From assembly GCA_002269645.1 (NCBI GenBank), contig NIVC01000902.1, positions 69,477-99,535 of the forward strand: 30,059 nt of DNA. Reading direction: 5' to 3'. Positions 19,964-30,059 of the stretch are shown in pieces (position 1 is the stretch's first letter; every line of letters starts with the position of its first letter). The translations under genes were made by a program, and so were the position numbers. This DNA comes from Macrostomum lignano (lineage: Eukaryota). Below the pieces are notes generated by a model that searched no databases, was not told the DNA's origin, and saw only the letters and a list, made by a program, of their open reading frames with translations.

Positions 19964-20513
19964 GTTTTTGTGCAGTATCTCAGCTAGAATACTGACTCGA
20001 ACGCAATAAACTGCACAAGTTTTTGTGCAGTATCTCAGCTAGAATACTGACTCGAACGCAATAAACTGCACAAGTTTTTGTGCAGTATCTCAGCTAGAAT
20101 ACGGACTCGAACGCAATAAACTGCACAAGTTTTTGTGCAGTATCTCAGCTAGAATACGGACTCGAACGCAATAAACTGCACAAGTTTTTGTGCAGTATCT
20201 CAGCTAGAATACGGACTCGAACGCAATAAACTGCACAAGTTTTTGTGCAGTATCTCAGCTAGAATACGGACTCGAACGCAATAAACTGCACAAGTTTTTG
20301 TGCAGTATCTCAGCTAGAATACGGACTCGAACGCAATAAACTGCACAAGTTTTTGTGCAGTATCTCAGCTAGAATACGGACTCGAACGCAATAAACTGCA
20401 CAAATTTTTGTGCAGTATCTCAGCTAGAATACTGACTCGAACGCAATAAACTGCACAAGTTTTTGTGCAGTATCTCAGCTAGAATACTGACTCGAACGCA
20501 ATAAACTGCACAA
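19964..20513. repeat. 55-bp tandem array, 10 copies, with inverted-repeat unit ends
   Basis: Unit GTTTTTGTGCAGTATCTCAGCTAGAATAC[T/G]GACTCGAACGCAATAAACTGCACAA. Units are head to tail with no spacers. Confidence 0.97.
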
Positions 20514-20843
20514 GCAAACGATTTTTCGTTATCAAATAACTGTTTTCGCACTGAAAATTTATGAAAAAATAAAATAGCTACCTCTGAGCAATTTGCTATT
20601 GCAGTCGTTTGCAGTGTGTCTCTGGCGCAGGTGAACCAGTGCTGTACACCAGTGAGCACTCACAACTGAGTTGTCCCGTGTTCACTGATTGGCTGGTCCA
20701 GTGGTTTGCGAAAGCTAGAAATTGACTTGCAGAAAACCGATGTCTTATTGAGCCCTTGGTGCCTCATAGCGGCCTACTTTGATACCCCGGCGCAAAACAC
20801 TTCTTGACTGCGATTCGGTGCAAAAATACCCTTGACTCGGATC

Positions 20844-29927
<9,084 letters not shown>

Positions 29928-30059
29928 GTGAGTCATTCAATGGTTGCGTTATAATCTCTCAGCATCACCTGAAATCATCAATCTGCTCCGAGCAGATACA
30001 GCAGGATGATTAGCTTTTCTTTAGTACGAATTAAGGTCCCCAAAGAGATGGAAATGCGT

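Noticed and set aside
19964-20513. CRISPR-like array of palindromic repeats
   Set aside because: Units are head to tail with no unique spacers, there are no cas genes, and the context is eukaryotic.

Overview
This is eukaryotic (invertebrate-type) genomic DNA, with GC-rich short exons, AT-rich GT-AG introns as short as 43 nt, and many transposon remnants. The style suggests a flatworm such as Macrostomum, but the sequence alone cannot prove that. I reconstructed by hand two plus-strand spliced coding units for very large, sequon-rich extracellular mosaic proteins. Unit 1 (exons 70-11820, 30 exons, about 2,030 aa, 5' end outside the window) carries repeats of [2-Cys fibrinogen-N-like cap, C-type-lectin-like domain, WSC], then a WSC domain split by a nested C-type-lectin-like cassette, then 14 Sushi/CCP modules in an A-B-C triplet pattern in which every C module has only two cysteines. 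Unit 2 (ATG 20844 to at least 29927, 16 exons, about 1,380 aa, 3' end outside the window) has a signal peptide, four pairs of duplicated Sushi-like exons, two more Sushi-like modules, WSC-WSC, the same cap and a C-type-lectin-like domain. Three apparent frameshifts in unit 1 are each repaired by adding one G to a G run, so they are probably assembly errors. The roughly 9 kb between the units holds a decayed Gypsy RNase H, an internally deleted Tc1 element inserted in a 25-bp repeat, a 5'-truncated RNase H-bearing LINE with an intact frame, a CORE-type SINE and a 55-bp palindromic tandem array. Introns hold a second SINE, an RTE-like remnant, a hAT MITE, a 20-bp minisatellite and a (GTTA)n tract. 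I found no rRNA, functional tRNA or CRISPR array. No gene symbol is recognised.
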